Below are positions 25,683 through 34,416 of a stretch of DNA of 64,000 nucleotides, piece after piece. The DNA lies in IMG/VR virus record IMGVR_UViG_3300032296_002019, positions 35,489 to 99,488 of that record. One strand, written 5' to 3'. Origin of the DNA: a virus. A model generated the notes under the pieces. The model saw only the letters and a program-made list of their open reading frames with translations, did no database searches and was not told the origin of the DNA. Within the stretch, counting starts at the first letter, position 1, and each line of letters starts with the position of its first letter. The position numbers and the translations under genes were made by a program.

Positions 25683-27532
25683 TATTCCACAGCACAGGCA
25701 CCTCCAGCACAAGCTGCTATGGCACCAAAATTAACAGTGTCATCTTCTTCTACAACATTAGTCAAATCAATAGAAGTAAGATGTTTTACTTTCTCTTCGT
25801 ATTGTTCTTTTGTAATGTCTTCAAAAGGAGCTTGAACATATGTGCCTCCCCAATAAGGAAGTACTGATAGTCCGTTATAGTGAGCCCTGTTTTCCCACAT
25901 CCACTTTCCTACTTCTTCCCATTCATCTTGTTTTATAGATACGGTGGCAGAAACATTGTGAGTATTATACCCGTTTCTATGACCATTTTTTATCCAATTA
26001 ACAGAGAAGTGCTTAACTCTTTCTAAAAGTTCAATAGGAGTTTCTGATCTCAGGATTGAGTTTTCTGGGGATTTGATAGGAATCCTAACACACAAAGTAT
26101 CATGAGATCTCAATTGATCATCTTCACAAATCTCTGGATGGTTCTGCATAAGATACTTTGCAACATCTTCTGATTTGTTGAATCTAACAGTTCTAAGATA
26201 GTAGTCATTATGCCAAGCATGGATGCCTGAAGAGGTTCCTAATACGCAAGAAGTTGTTCCTGAAGGCTTAATACAAGTTACACGAGCTGCCTTATTCACA
26301 CCAATCTCTTCAGCATAGAACGCATTTACCTCTTTAGCTAAATCTGCTGCCTTTTTAAGATCATACTTCAAGATCTCACCACTTCCTATTCCAGTCATTC
26401 CAATTCCTAACAAAGCATCTTTTTCTGTAGTTTTCTGCCAGATAGAACGGAGATAGTGAAAATCAGTGAATGAAGCCTGTAGAGTTCCGAAGAATGAAGC
26501 CACTCTTACACGCTCCATAAGATCATCTTCATCTACTACATCGGACACATTTACCTCACAAAGATTACAGAATTGGTAAGGCTTAAGGGCGATTTCACAG
26601 CAAGGGTTAGTTCCCCACTCAGCATTCTTAGTCCAATAGAAACCAGGTTCTCCAGAATTACTAAGTTCTACTTTCTTCCACAAAGCTTTAAACTCTTCTT
26701 CACTTATTTGACCTCTTTCCAATACTGCAGAGTTATTAGCCCTTCCCCTTTGTTCATTAAGTTCCCACCAATTACCAAACTTACAAGTAAGCATGTCTTC
26801 ATCATCATGGCTAAACAAAGCAATCATAGCAGCTCTTCTGATACCACCTGATAGTACGCTATTAGCAATGTGACACATAATATCGTGTACTTCTAGGGTT
26901 GAAAGCTTTTCTCCGTTGTGTTTACGTTCAAGAATAGATTCTATATGAAATAAACAAACCTTAAGTGGTTCGGGACCAGGCGCTTTACCTCCAGCTGTAA
27001 TAAGTCTAGCTCCCTTAGGACGAATATCTCTAAAATCAAAAATAGGTTTAGGACCTTTTCCAAAATAGGATTTCATTAAAACTTTTACTGCATCAGCCCA
27101 TCCTATAATGCTATCTTGGATAAGAAATCTTTTTTGCTTTGTTGGTTTGATTATCTCAGGTAGCTTCTCAACATGTTGAAACTGAACGGAATATCCAACT
27201 CCTGTTCCTCCTAACAAAAGAAACATAGATTCAGAAAAACAATGAATGCTATCCATTGGAAGGTAGCAACAGTTGTATATCCTGGCATTGTTTACTTCTG
27301 CAGCTGCACCTGCAAACTGCAAGGCTCTCATAGAAGGAAGAACCTTTTTTTGCCTTATAAATTCGGCATTTTCAATTATTTCCTTTCTCAGTTTAGGAAA
27401 TTTCTGCATCATCATTACTTCGTATCTAGTAACAATTTCATCCCACGTTTCCCTTCTTTTTACTTCTGGTAAATACTTTGAATACTTAGAGAAAATGGTA
27501 ATCTGACTTAAGATTTCTGATCCTAATTCCAT
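25682..27532 (-). CDS. nrdJ: class II (adenosylcobalamin-dependent, monomeric-type) ribonucleotide reductase
   Basis: RRETWDE, LPSMRAL, YNCCY, GGIRRAA, GTNPCCEI, IKPSGT, C-terminal ACAGGAC; no beta subunit adjacent. Confidence 0.9.
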   Translation of the reverse strand: MELGSEILSQITIFSKYSKYLPEVKRRETWDEIVTRYEVMMMQKFPKLRKEIIENAEFIRQKKVLPSMRALQFAGAAAEVNNARIYNCCYLPMDSIHCFSESMFLLLGGTGVGYSVQFQHVEKLPEIIKPTKQKRFLIQDSIIGWADAVKVLMKSYFGKGPKPIFDFRDIRPKGARLITAGGKAPGPEPLKVCLFHIESILERKHNGEKLSTLEVHDIMCHIANSVLSGGIRRAAMIALFSHDDEDMLTCKFGNWWELNEQRGRANNSAVLERGQISEEEFKALWKKVELSNSGEPGFYWTKNAEWGTNPCCEIALKPYQFCNLCEVNVSDVVDEDDLMERVRVASFFGTLQASFTDFHYLRSIWQKTTEKDALLGIGMTGIGSGEILKYDLKKAADLAKEVNAFYAEEIGVNKAARVTCIKPSGTTSCVLGTSSGIHAWHNDYYLRTVRFNKSEDVAKYLMQNHPEICEDDQLRSHDTLCVRIPIKSPENSILRSETPIELLERVKHFSVNWIKNGHRNGYNTHNVSATVSIKQDEWEEVGKWMWENRAHYNGLSVLPYWGGTYVQAPFEDITKEQYEEKVKHLTSIDLTNVVEEDDTVNFGAIAACAGGACAVE

Positions 27533-27641
27533 GGCTTTTTTAATTAAATTTTTAAGAAGACAAAAATAAATACTGTATATATAACCAAAAAAAAGTTTAA
27601 TTGCTCTGCTTTTTTTTAGTTAGGACTCTATGCTTATAAAA

Positions 27642-28994
27642 TTAATTCCTGCTGAACTTTTTCTTAAGCATTGATATATCATCCGAACTAAAATCTCCCT
27701 TCCCTCCATCTTCTTGACTTTCAGATTCTTCGTCATAAAGATCTTCTGATACATCGATAAAGCCTTTGTTTAGGTCTATTTTTGCAGAATATGTCATGCC
27801 GTCTGGGCCTAGCCTAGATTTCATTATATGGAAACGACCTGTACCGTTTATTTTATCTTTACGTCTCCTAGATAAGGAAACGCTAAAGTCTGCTATCATC
27901 ATTTTTTGAAAGCTTCCGGCTACCTTGTCTCCCTCAATAATCTCATCCTTGGCTCCCATCCTGTTAATCTGGGAAGGACAAACAAAAGGAATCTTTAGAT
28001 CCTTCGCCATACCTTTCAGATCTGTATAGATGTCATCGAGTTCCTCCTTAGCCTCTTTTCTTATCTTTCTAGGCTTTAAAAGATCCGGGTAATCTATTAT
28101 TATCAAATCTGGGATGAAGTCGCTATTGGCTTCTAATTGCTTTATATGCGATTCTATAGTATCCAAAGAAGCCCTACCTGGGGAGTATTCCTTGATTATT
28201 ATTCTGCCTTTTAGGTTTTTTACTGCCGTTTCCACTTCTTTCCTGTGAAACTTCAGCATCTTAACCTCTACTCCGGTAAGTATAGAATCTATTTTTTTAC
28301 CTACATACTTCTCATCCAACTCTAAAGTATAGTATACAACATTGTATCCATTCTTAATACAATGGGAAGCTATGTTACAAACAACAGTAGATTTACCGAT
28401 ACCAGGAGGTGCAAACAATAGCATAAGATTACTTCCACCAATTCCACCATCTGTTATATCATTAAAGACTTTCCAAGGAAAAGGAATCTTCCTATCCTCT
28501 TCTTCCCTAAACCTACTCTCTACATCCTTATGATACTCGTGTCCTATATTCTTTTCATTCCCTGCTTTCAATGCCTCATCGATCATTTTCCTGATTCCCT
28601 CAAACTCTCCGCCATTTAAAAGATCTACGGAAGCCAGAAGTGCTTCTTTTAGTTTCTGGTTTTTACAGAAATTAAAAAACTCTTCTTTTACATACTCCAC
28701 ATCATCCTGGGTAGCAGTATATGCCTGTTTTAACTCTTCTTTGATGGATAGCTGCAACACTTCGTTCTTCTCTTTCTTAAGTTCTATTTTTAGAACTTCC
28801 ATAGTAGGATACGTATGGTACTTGCCATAATAATCTAATATGGTTTTTATAATCCACTTATGTGCAGGAGACTCAAAATAATCTGCAGTTATAACGTCTG
28901 CTATATTCTGTAGAAAAATTTTATCATTAAGTAAAGAGTATAAAACTTTTATCTGGAACCCATGTCCATACTGATTCAATCTGTTAGCTGTCAT
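27642..28994 (-). CDS. replicative DNA helicase (DnaB/gp41-like)
   Basis: APPGIGKS, YYTLE, IIIDYPD, SQINR, KSRLG. Confidence 0.92.
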   Translation of the reverse strand: MTANRLNQYGHGFQIKVLYSLLNDKIFLQNIADVITADYFESPAHKWIIKTILDYYGKYHTYPTMEVLKIELKKEKNEVLQLSIKEELKQAYTATQDDVEYVKEEFFNFCKNQKLKEALLASVDLLNGGEFEGIRKMIDEALKAGNEKNIGHEYHKDVESRFREEEDRKIPFPWKVFNDITDGGIGGSNLMLLFAPPGIGKSTVVCNIASHCIKNGYNVVYYTLELDEKYVGKKIDSILTGVEVKMLKFHRKEVETAVKNLKGRIIIKEYSPGRASLDTIESHIKQLEANSDFIPDLIIIDYPDLLKPRKIRKEAKEELDDIYTDLKGMAKDLKIPFVCPSQINRMGAKDEIIEGDKVAGSFQKMMIADFSVSLSRRRKDKINGTGRFHIMKSRLGPDGMTYSAKIDLNKGFIDVSEDLYDEESESQEDGGKGDFSSDDISMLKKKFSRN

Positions 28995-29000
28995 AACTTA

Positions 29001-30041
29001 TTAATAATTGTTCAATGTTGAAAATATATTAGTCCACATATCAAGATTTGGAATAGAGTCTCCCATTTTATCTTGATGATATAACTTCATAAAATCAAAC
29101 TTTTTAAGAATAGGCGGCTTCGTATGATAACTGTTTAGGATATCCAAAGATAACTCTTCTGATATATTAGGTTCTTTAATGTTCATTATTTTGTAAAAAA
29201 TTTCTACTTGCTTTTGAACATTCAAAATCCTTTGATATAAAACAGATTTCTTGGGCGGATTAGAGCAGACCTCATAAATGTCCTCTAATGTTTTCCTTTC
29301 CGGCTTAGATAAAAATTCAAAGAGTTTCACAGCAGTCTTATCTCCTACACCATTAACTCCAGGAACATTATCTGAGGTGTCTCCTACTAAAGCTTTATAC
29401 AGAAGAAAATTATCTGGGTGTATTCCGAAATCATCCACGACGTTTTGTATTCCATATATTTTTTTCTTAGTAGGACTAAAAACATTTACTCTATCATTTA
29501 CAAGCTGCATAAAATCATTGTCAGACGACATTACAAAAACTTTAGAATCATCATAAGTTTTGTAGATCTGACCGCATAAATACCCAATTACATCATCAGC
29601 TTCCAATTTATCAAAGGACATTAAAGTAACAGGCAGATACTGAAGATAATCTATTAACCTTGTTATTTGGTTATATTGAGCATCTTCTTCTTCATTTTTA
29701 TTTTGGAAGGACTTATAGTTCATGATCCTTCCTGTATCTCTGTTTGCTTTATACTGACTGTAAAGATATTTCCTGTTTACCGACCCGCCTTCACCGTCAA
29801 AGACAATTACTACGCGAGTCGGTGTTAACAGTTTGATTGCATGCCCAAGAGACTTAAGAAACCCCACCAAACCTCCTATGTCCACTCCCACTATGTTAAC
29901 TCTGTTAACAACAGCAAAGCTTCTAAGGAATGTGTTCATTCCATCTATAATAAGAACTTTGCTATTCCAGTGTAGGTTAGGTGTTTTTTCTTCTTTGTTT
30001 ATTTTAGAAAAAATATCTAATAGCCTATCTTTATTCATCAC
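29001..30041 (-). CDS. 5'-3' exonuclease / flap endonuclease (RNase H-like)
   Basis: LIIDG, VFDG, YKANR, EADDVI, SSDNDF, GDTSDNVPGVNGVGDKTA. Confidence 0.93.
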   Translation of the reverse strand: MMNKDRLLDIFSKINKEEKTPNLHWNSKVLIIDGMNTFLRSFAVVNRVNIVGVDIGGLVGFLKSLGHAIKLLTPTRVVIVFDGEGGSVNRKYLYSQYKANRDTGRIMNYKSFQNKNEEEDAQYNQITRLIDYLQYLPVTLMSFDKLEADDVIGYLCGQIYKTYDDSKVFVMSSDNDFMQLVNDRVNVFSPTKKKIYGIQNVVDDFGIHPDNFLLYKALVGDTSDNVPGVNGVGDKTAVKLFEFLSKPERKTLEDIYEVCSNPPKKSVLYQRILNVQKQVEIFYKIMNIKEPNISEELSLDILNSYHTKPPILKKFDFMKLYHQDKMGDSIPNLDMWTNIFSTLNNY

Positions 30042-31107
30042 CAGATGTGTTATCTACTACGCTGCCATTATCTTCTTCCTCAATCACGTCATAATCATCA
30101 CTGCCTAAGATCTTCAACCACTCTGCTGAGTGTTCTTTCTTATAGGCATCAATGTACTTTTTATCATCAACGATAAATCCATGAGGAGTAGCAATAATTT
30201 TACCTGTAGTAGTTACACCATTAATATGATTCTTATCTACTGAGATTTTTGTTCTCTTTGCAAACTCAACGTCTTTGCCATTCTTGGTAGCTTTGATTTT
30301 ATTCGTACCAGCTCCGGTAGCATTACCAAAAGTTACAACTAGGGTAGAATCTAGAAACATAGTATTTCCTCCTTTGTTTTTCAACTTGGGCAGCTCTCCG
30401 TATACAGAAGGTTTTTCTACCCACACTTTATTTACTACAATAAGAGTGTTTGTATACTGAGAATTTTCTTTCCTAGACCTGGTTATTCTTTGGTTTACAA
30501 AGTTACCAAACTGAACAGACATTGCTCCTGCATTCCATTCATTGTTGTTCTTATTAGATTCAACAGACATTTTACATGGGATAGATCCTACTGAATCCCA
30601 TAGAAATACTAGATCTACTGGTAGATTTCCTTTCTCTTGTTCATCTAGCAAATCCATTATAAACCCAGCAACATCTTCAATAGTAGACAAATGATCTCTA
30701 TCCACATAGATAAAATTGCCTCCGTAAGAAACTTCCCCTGTCTCCTTATCAACTGTCTCGTTCACTTGGAATCCCATAATCTTTGCGTGATTCCAATCCC
30801 ATTTCATCTCTGTGATAATGAATACAGGAAGCTTTCCTAACTTTTGAACATTAATAGCTGCTTCAATCATAGCAGTAGTCTTTCCGGTATCACTATGGCC
30901 ACGGAATGTAATTACATGTCCATGAGGAATGCCAGGTAAACTAATAGCTTCTTGGAAAGCATCGGACAAAGGAATCCATTCTTGCTTTTTGAAAGCTACG
31001 TTCTGCGTAAGGTTCTTAGATTTTTTAAAGTTCTCTAAGTTAAAAGACGCATTTCTACTAAGGGCATCTCCAACAGCGCCCTTTATATTTTTCTTTTTTT
31101 CCGACAT
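30031..31107 (-). CDS. RecA/UvsX-like recombinase
   Basis: Walker A GHSDTGKT, Walker B FLWDSVG, KNKGG, DKNH. Confidence 0.85.
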   Translation of the reverse strand: MSEKKKNIKGAVGDALSRNASFNLENFKKSKNLTQNVAFKKQEWIPLSDAFQEAISLPGIPHGHVITFRGHSDTGKTTAMIEAAINVQKLGKLPVFIITEMKWDWNHAKIMGFQVNETVDKETGEVSYGGNFIYVDRDHLSTIEDVAGFIMDLLDEQEKGNLPVDLVFLWDSVGSIPCKMSVESNKNNNEWNAGAMSVQFGNFVNQRITRSRKENSQYTNTLIVVNKVWVEKPSVYGELPKLKNKGGNTMFLDSTLVVTFGNATGAGTNKIKATKNGKDVEFAKRTKISVDKNHINGVTTTGKIIATPHGFIVDDKKYIDAYKKEHSAEWLKILGSDDYDVIEEEDNGSVVDNTSGDE

Positions 31108-31116
31108 AGATTAAGT

Positions 31117-31977
31117 TTAATTTTCGTCTCCGAAAAGATCATCAAATTTAGAAGCTACCGTACTTGTTTTATTTCCTACTACAGGAGTTGCTTGTTGATA
31201 AGGTCCTTCAAATGGAGGAGTATCATCATCTTCTGTTGCGGTAGCGGTATCTGCTGTAGGGGCAGATACTTCCTCAGTTGTGCTTTCTTGAGGATTGATA
31301 TAATCGTGAAGCATCTTCTTAATCTCATCATAAGAATACTTCTTATAGATCTCAGTAATTTCTTTTTGATTTTCCAGAACTTTTTTAACTAGTTCAGCAT
31401 CTTCAGAAATAGCAGAGATGTTTCTTTTAGGAGTAACGTTTACTGCAATGTAGTTTACGTCTCTTTTACCGATTTTAATAACATCATTGTATCCTTCTAC
31501 AGTAATATCGGTACCTTGAGTTACATCATCGATAGATCCAAAATCTTCGTCAGCCATAATGCTAAGAAGCTTTTCGTATGTGGTTTTATTAAACTCCCAC
31601 AATCTAGCTCCCATACCTTCTTCGCCACGAACTAGAACTTGAGCAAAGTACTTAGTACGGGGTCTGAGTTTACGAGCCAACTCTTTGCTTTCTTCTGTAT
31701 TCTCATCATACAGTTCTTTCATAAGTTGAACTACTGGATCTTTCTCTCCAAAGTTTTCAAGACTGTAAACATTCTTTTTGAAGATGTTGTACTGATGGAA
31801 ACTTACTTCTGCGAATGGGAAGTCCTTGTTTGTTTTCCTGGGGAGAATTCTGACTACTTGTTTTCCCAATTTTGGTTTCCAGAAAATTGTAGTGTAGTCG
31901 ATCTTTTCAAATGCAGAGCTTGAGTTTTTAGACTGCAGCTTATTCAGTCTTTCTTTGATCAAATCAATCTTGGACAT
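31117..31977 (-). CDS. single-stranded DNA-binding protein (gp32-like)
   Basis: FWKP..VRILP..PF; GEKDPV; GTDIT; acidic tail FDDLFGDEN; upstream of recombinase. Confidence 0.85.
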   Translation of the reverse strand: MSKIDLIKERLNKLQSKNSSSAFEKIDYTTIFWKPKLGKQVVRILPRKTNKDFPFAEVSFHQYNIFKKNVYSLENFGEKDPVVQLMKELYDENTEESKELARKLRPRTKYFAQVLVRGEEGMGARLWEFNKTTYEKLLSIMADEDFGSIDDVTQGTDITVEGYNDVIKIGKRDVNYIAVNVTPKRNISAISEDAELVKKVLENQKEITEIYKKYSYDEIKKMLHDYINPQESTTEEVSAPTADTATATEDDDTPPFEGPYQQATPVVGNKTSTVASKFDDLFGDEN

Positions 31978-32001
31978 AACTTGTTTTTTTTAAGTGAATA
32001 A

Positions 32002-32032
32002 CAAAGATAAAAATTGCAGGTTATCCTGCAAA
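32002..32032 (-). promoter_or_regulatory. Bacteroidota-type promoter for ssb-recA-exo-helicase operon
   Basis: TTTG(32032-32029)-N19-TATCTTTG(32009-32002). Confidence 0.8.
32009..32031 (-). terminator. hairpin terminator superimposed on the ssb promoter
   Basis: TTGCAGG-ATAA-CCTGCAA followed by TTTTT. Confidence 0.55.
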
Positions 32033-32039
32033 ATATTTT

Positions 32040-32480
32040 TTAACTATTTTTTTCAACATTTACAATGTTGTGGATTTTTGTTTTGAGCTGGACAAACTGA
32101 TTGTTCTGAGTAAGTAGTATACTGTTTTCGTAATCTTTCCAATTAACTTTGTAATTGGTATCCCTTACTCCGTTGTTTAGAGATTCTATAAGTTTGTTTA
32201 GAGAGTTGATAGTATACAGAACATTGCATTCCTTCCTTCTGTGCATTAGGATTGTATTTGGTAGGATATTGTTCTTATTTATATTTTCACTATCAATATT
32301 GTATGTGCATACGTATTCGTTTTCATTATTAGTCTCTAATATGAAAATTTTTGAATAGATTATATCATATCTGCTTTTTATATCAGATATGGTGACTTGC
32401 AAGTCTTCTTTTTTCGTAAACGTGCAAAATAGCTTATTCAAGTAATCGTATGTTAAATCAAAAAAGGTTTTATTATTCAT
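32040..32480 (-). CDS. hypothetical protein
   Basis: NKLFCTF, TYNI, NTILMHRRKECNVLYTINSLN; TATTTATA at 32482-32489. Confidence 0.75.
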   Translation of the reverse strand: MNNKTFFDLTYDYLNKLFCTFTKKEDLQVTISDIKSRYDIIYSKIFILETNNENEYVCTYNIDSENINKNNILPNTILMHRRKECNVLYTINSLNKLIESLNNGVRDTNYKVNWKDYENSILLTQNNQFVQLKTKIHNIVNVEKNS

Positions 32481-32510
32481 ATATAAATATCTAATAAAAG
32501 TGCTAAAATT

Positions 32511-33848
32511 TTACAAATTTTTCATTTCTTTATAGTTCTTACCGTATTTACAAGAGGTTTTGTATCCATCTTGTTCTAAGATATTCTGTAAGTTACATAA
32601 AATACTCTTACCATCAATCTTGTCATAATCAAAAAGAAAAGAATCATAGTTGTATAAAACTAGTCTTGACTTCTTATCTTTTAAGTACTCTATTATATCC
32701 CGTAAAATTACGATATTTCTCTCTGTCTCGTAGCTTTGAAGTATAAAAGGAAGTATCTGCGTTTTAGAAATAATTCCTTTTATTTGCTTTTTAGATAGAA
32801 GACTTTCAATGTATCCTTGTTTTTTGTATAAATTCCACAGATAATCTTTAAATTCTTTTACTTTAGCAAAAAAAGGAATGTCTTTTATCTCTTCTTTTAT
32901 AGAATCTGTGTATAAAAGTTTGAAAGTCAAGCCTTTACTCTCTTCATACTGGGCTCTTGTGATATCCTTAGTTCCGAAATAGTACTTTGCTAAGTGGGTG
33001 TGAATATCATCATCCTCAAAACTATATCCGATATGATACGATAATATACGAATATGGTACGAATTGTAGTCAAATTCTATCAGAACCCCTTTGTCTGAAA
33101 CAAAAGATTGCCTACTGCCATCATTCTTATTCATAGCACTAAAATTAATGCCATTAAAGGAATTAGAAGGCCTTCCTGTAGACGTAAATAAGTTATAATT
33201 AGTGTATACTTTGTCTGATTTAACACTCATTAAAGCCTCTTTAGGGGTATAATGACTGAAAAATACGTCATTATTTATCTTTATTCCTTCTAATTCTATG
33301 TCGTGGAATACTTGTGTGGCCAAGTTTCCATACAGTTTATATCCCCTGGTTTTAAACCAGGACATGTCTATCTTAATATCAGAAACTAATTTCTCATATT
33401 TTTCGAAATGCTTACAGATAGGGACAATTTTGTTAAGATCTTCTCTGTATTCATACTTCTGATATAAAAATCTTTGAACTATTGTATTATAGGAAGACTC
33501 ATCTAATATAGTTCCTGTATGTAAAAACTTAGCTGTTTTTACGCAGTATACTCTATCTCTTCTACTTGTGAAGAAAAAAAATCTTTTAGAATCTACAGCA
33601 TATACGTTTCCCAATCTGTTGAGAATAAAGCTCTCTACGGATTCTTTAGATAAAGAAAAAGCTTCAGTATGGTCTACTGATAGTATAAATCCCATTCTTG
33701 ATCTGAATGGCTTTATATAAACTAAGGAAAGGCTTGCTATTTTGGGATGGCAGTTATCATTTGAAGGTATGACATCCACAAAACAATTTGTAAAATCGTA
33801 TTTAGAAAACTTTTCGAGCTGATCTTCAGTCTCTATGATATAGTACAT
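32511..33848 (-). CDS. second, reduced family A DNA polymerase-like protein
   Basis: TGRPSN, motif A IEFDYNSYHIR, DIHTHLA, motif B SKGLTFKLLY, LQSYET, motif C LYNYDSFLFD; thumb largely missing. Confidence 0.8.
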   Translation of the reverse strand: MYYIIETEDQLEKFSKYDFTNCFVDVIPSNDNCHPKIASLSLVYIKPFRSRMGFILSVDHTEAFSLSKESVESFILNRLGNVYAVDSKRFFFFTSRRDRVYCVKTAKFLHTGTILDESSYNTIVQRFLYQKYEYREDLNKIVPICKHFEKYEKLVSDIKIDMSWFKTRGYKLYGNLATQVFHDIELEGIKINNDVFFSHYTPKEALMSVKSDKVYTNYNLFTSTGRPSNSFNGINFSAMNKNDGSRQSFVSDKGVLIEFDYNSYHIRILSYHIGYSFEDDDIHTHLAKYYFGTKDITRAQYEESKGLTFKLLYTDSIKEEIKDIPFFAKVKEFKDYLWNLYKKQGYIESLLSKKQIKGIISKTQILPFILQSYETERNIVILRDIIEYLKDKKSRLVLYNYDSFLFDYDKIDGKSILCNLQNILEQDGYKTSCKYGKNYKEMKNL

Positions 33849-33864
33849 TTACAAAACCTTTAGA

Positions 33865-33895
33865 CAAAAGTAGTCTATTTTAGGTATTGTGCAAA
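33865..33895 (-). promoter_or_regulatory. Bacteroidota-type promoter for second polymerase
   Basis: TTTG(33895-33892)-N19-TACTTTTG(33872-33865). Confidence 0.8.
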
Positions 33896-34402
33896 ATTTG
33901 TAAAATAATTTTTTACGCCAGGTATTTTTGGTTCCATGGCTTCTACAGTTTTTTGATTAGTATTGACTACTCCAGGTATTGTAAAATCTTTGCTAATTTC
34001 TACATCATATAGAGGACCTGTTATTTTCCAAGAGAAAGATTCTACTACGTATAACGGATTTAACTTTGCTTTATTATAGTCATTTTTATCCACTTCCAAT
34101 ATAGTTTCAAAACCGCTATTAACTCTTTTTATCACATATCTTGTAAAAACCCCCTTTTCGTAGTCTTTATCATCTGGAGTTGGGTAATGGAACTCGTATG
34201 ACTTAGAATCTTGGGGAAGGGATTTAAAATCATATTCGGGAACCAACTCTTGTGTAGAAGCGCTATACTCTTTACCAGAAAAATATTTACCATCATTAGT
34301 AAAATAGTAATACCCTGTATAAGAAGCTTTTGTAGATTTTACAAAAAGTATTCCTCCATTTGTGTAACTTACTTCTAATATTTCTGATTTAGGATAATAC
34401 AT
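33875..34402 (-). CDS. probable baseplate-associated protein
   Basis: Last gene of tail operon; YTGYY, YPTPDDKDYEKG.FTRY, WKITG. Confidence 0.5.
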   Translation of the reverse strand: MYYPKSEILEVSYTNGGILFVKSTKASYTGYYYFTNDGKYFSGKEYSASTQELVPEYDFKSLPQDSKSYEFHYPTPDDKDYEKGVFTRYVIKRVNSGFETILEVDKNDYNKAKLNPLYVVESFSWKITGPLYDVEISKDFTIPGVVNTNQKTVEAMEPKIPGVKNYFTNFAQYLK

Positions 34403-34416
34403 TTAATTAGATATTT

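Noticed and set aside
27533-27641. Cobalamin riboswitch or NrdR box upstream of nrdJ
   Set aside because: Short AT-rich spacer without conserved B12-box structure or a convincing NrdR palindrome; only a possible TATTTTTG -7 element
19593-31107. Inteins or self-splicing introns in polA, nrdJ, helicase, recA, groEL
   Set aside because: ORFs are continuous and of ordinary size; no intein C/S...HN termini; the polA thumb insert lacks intein motifs
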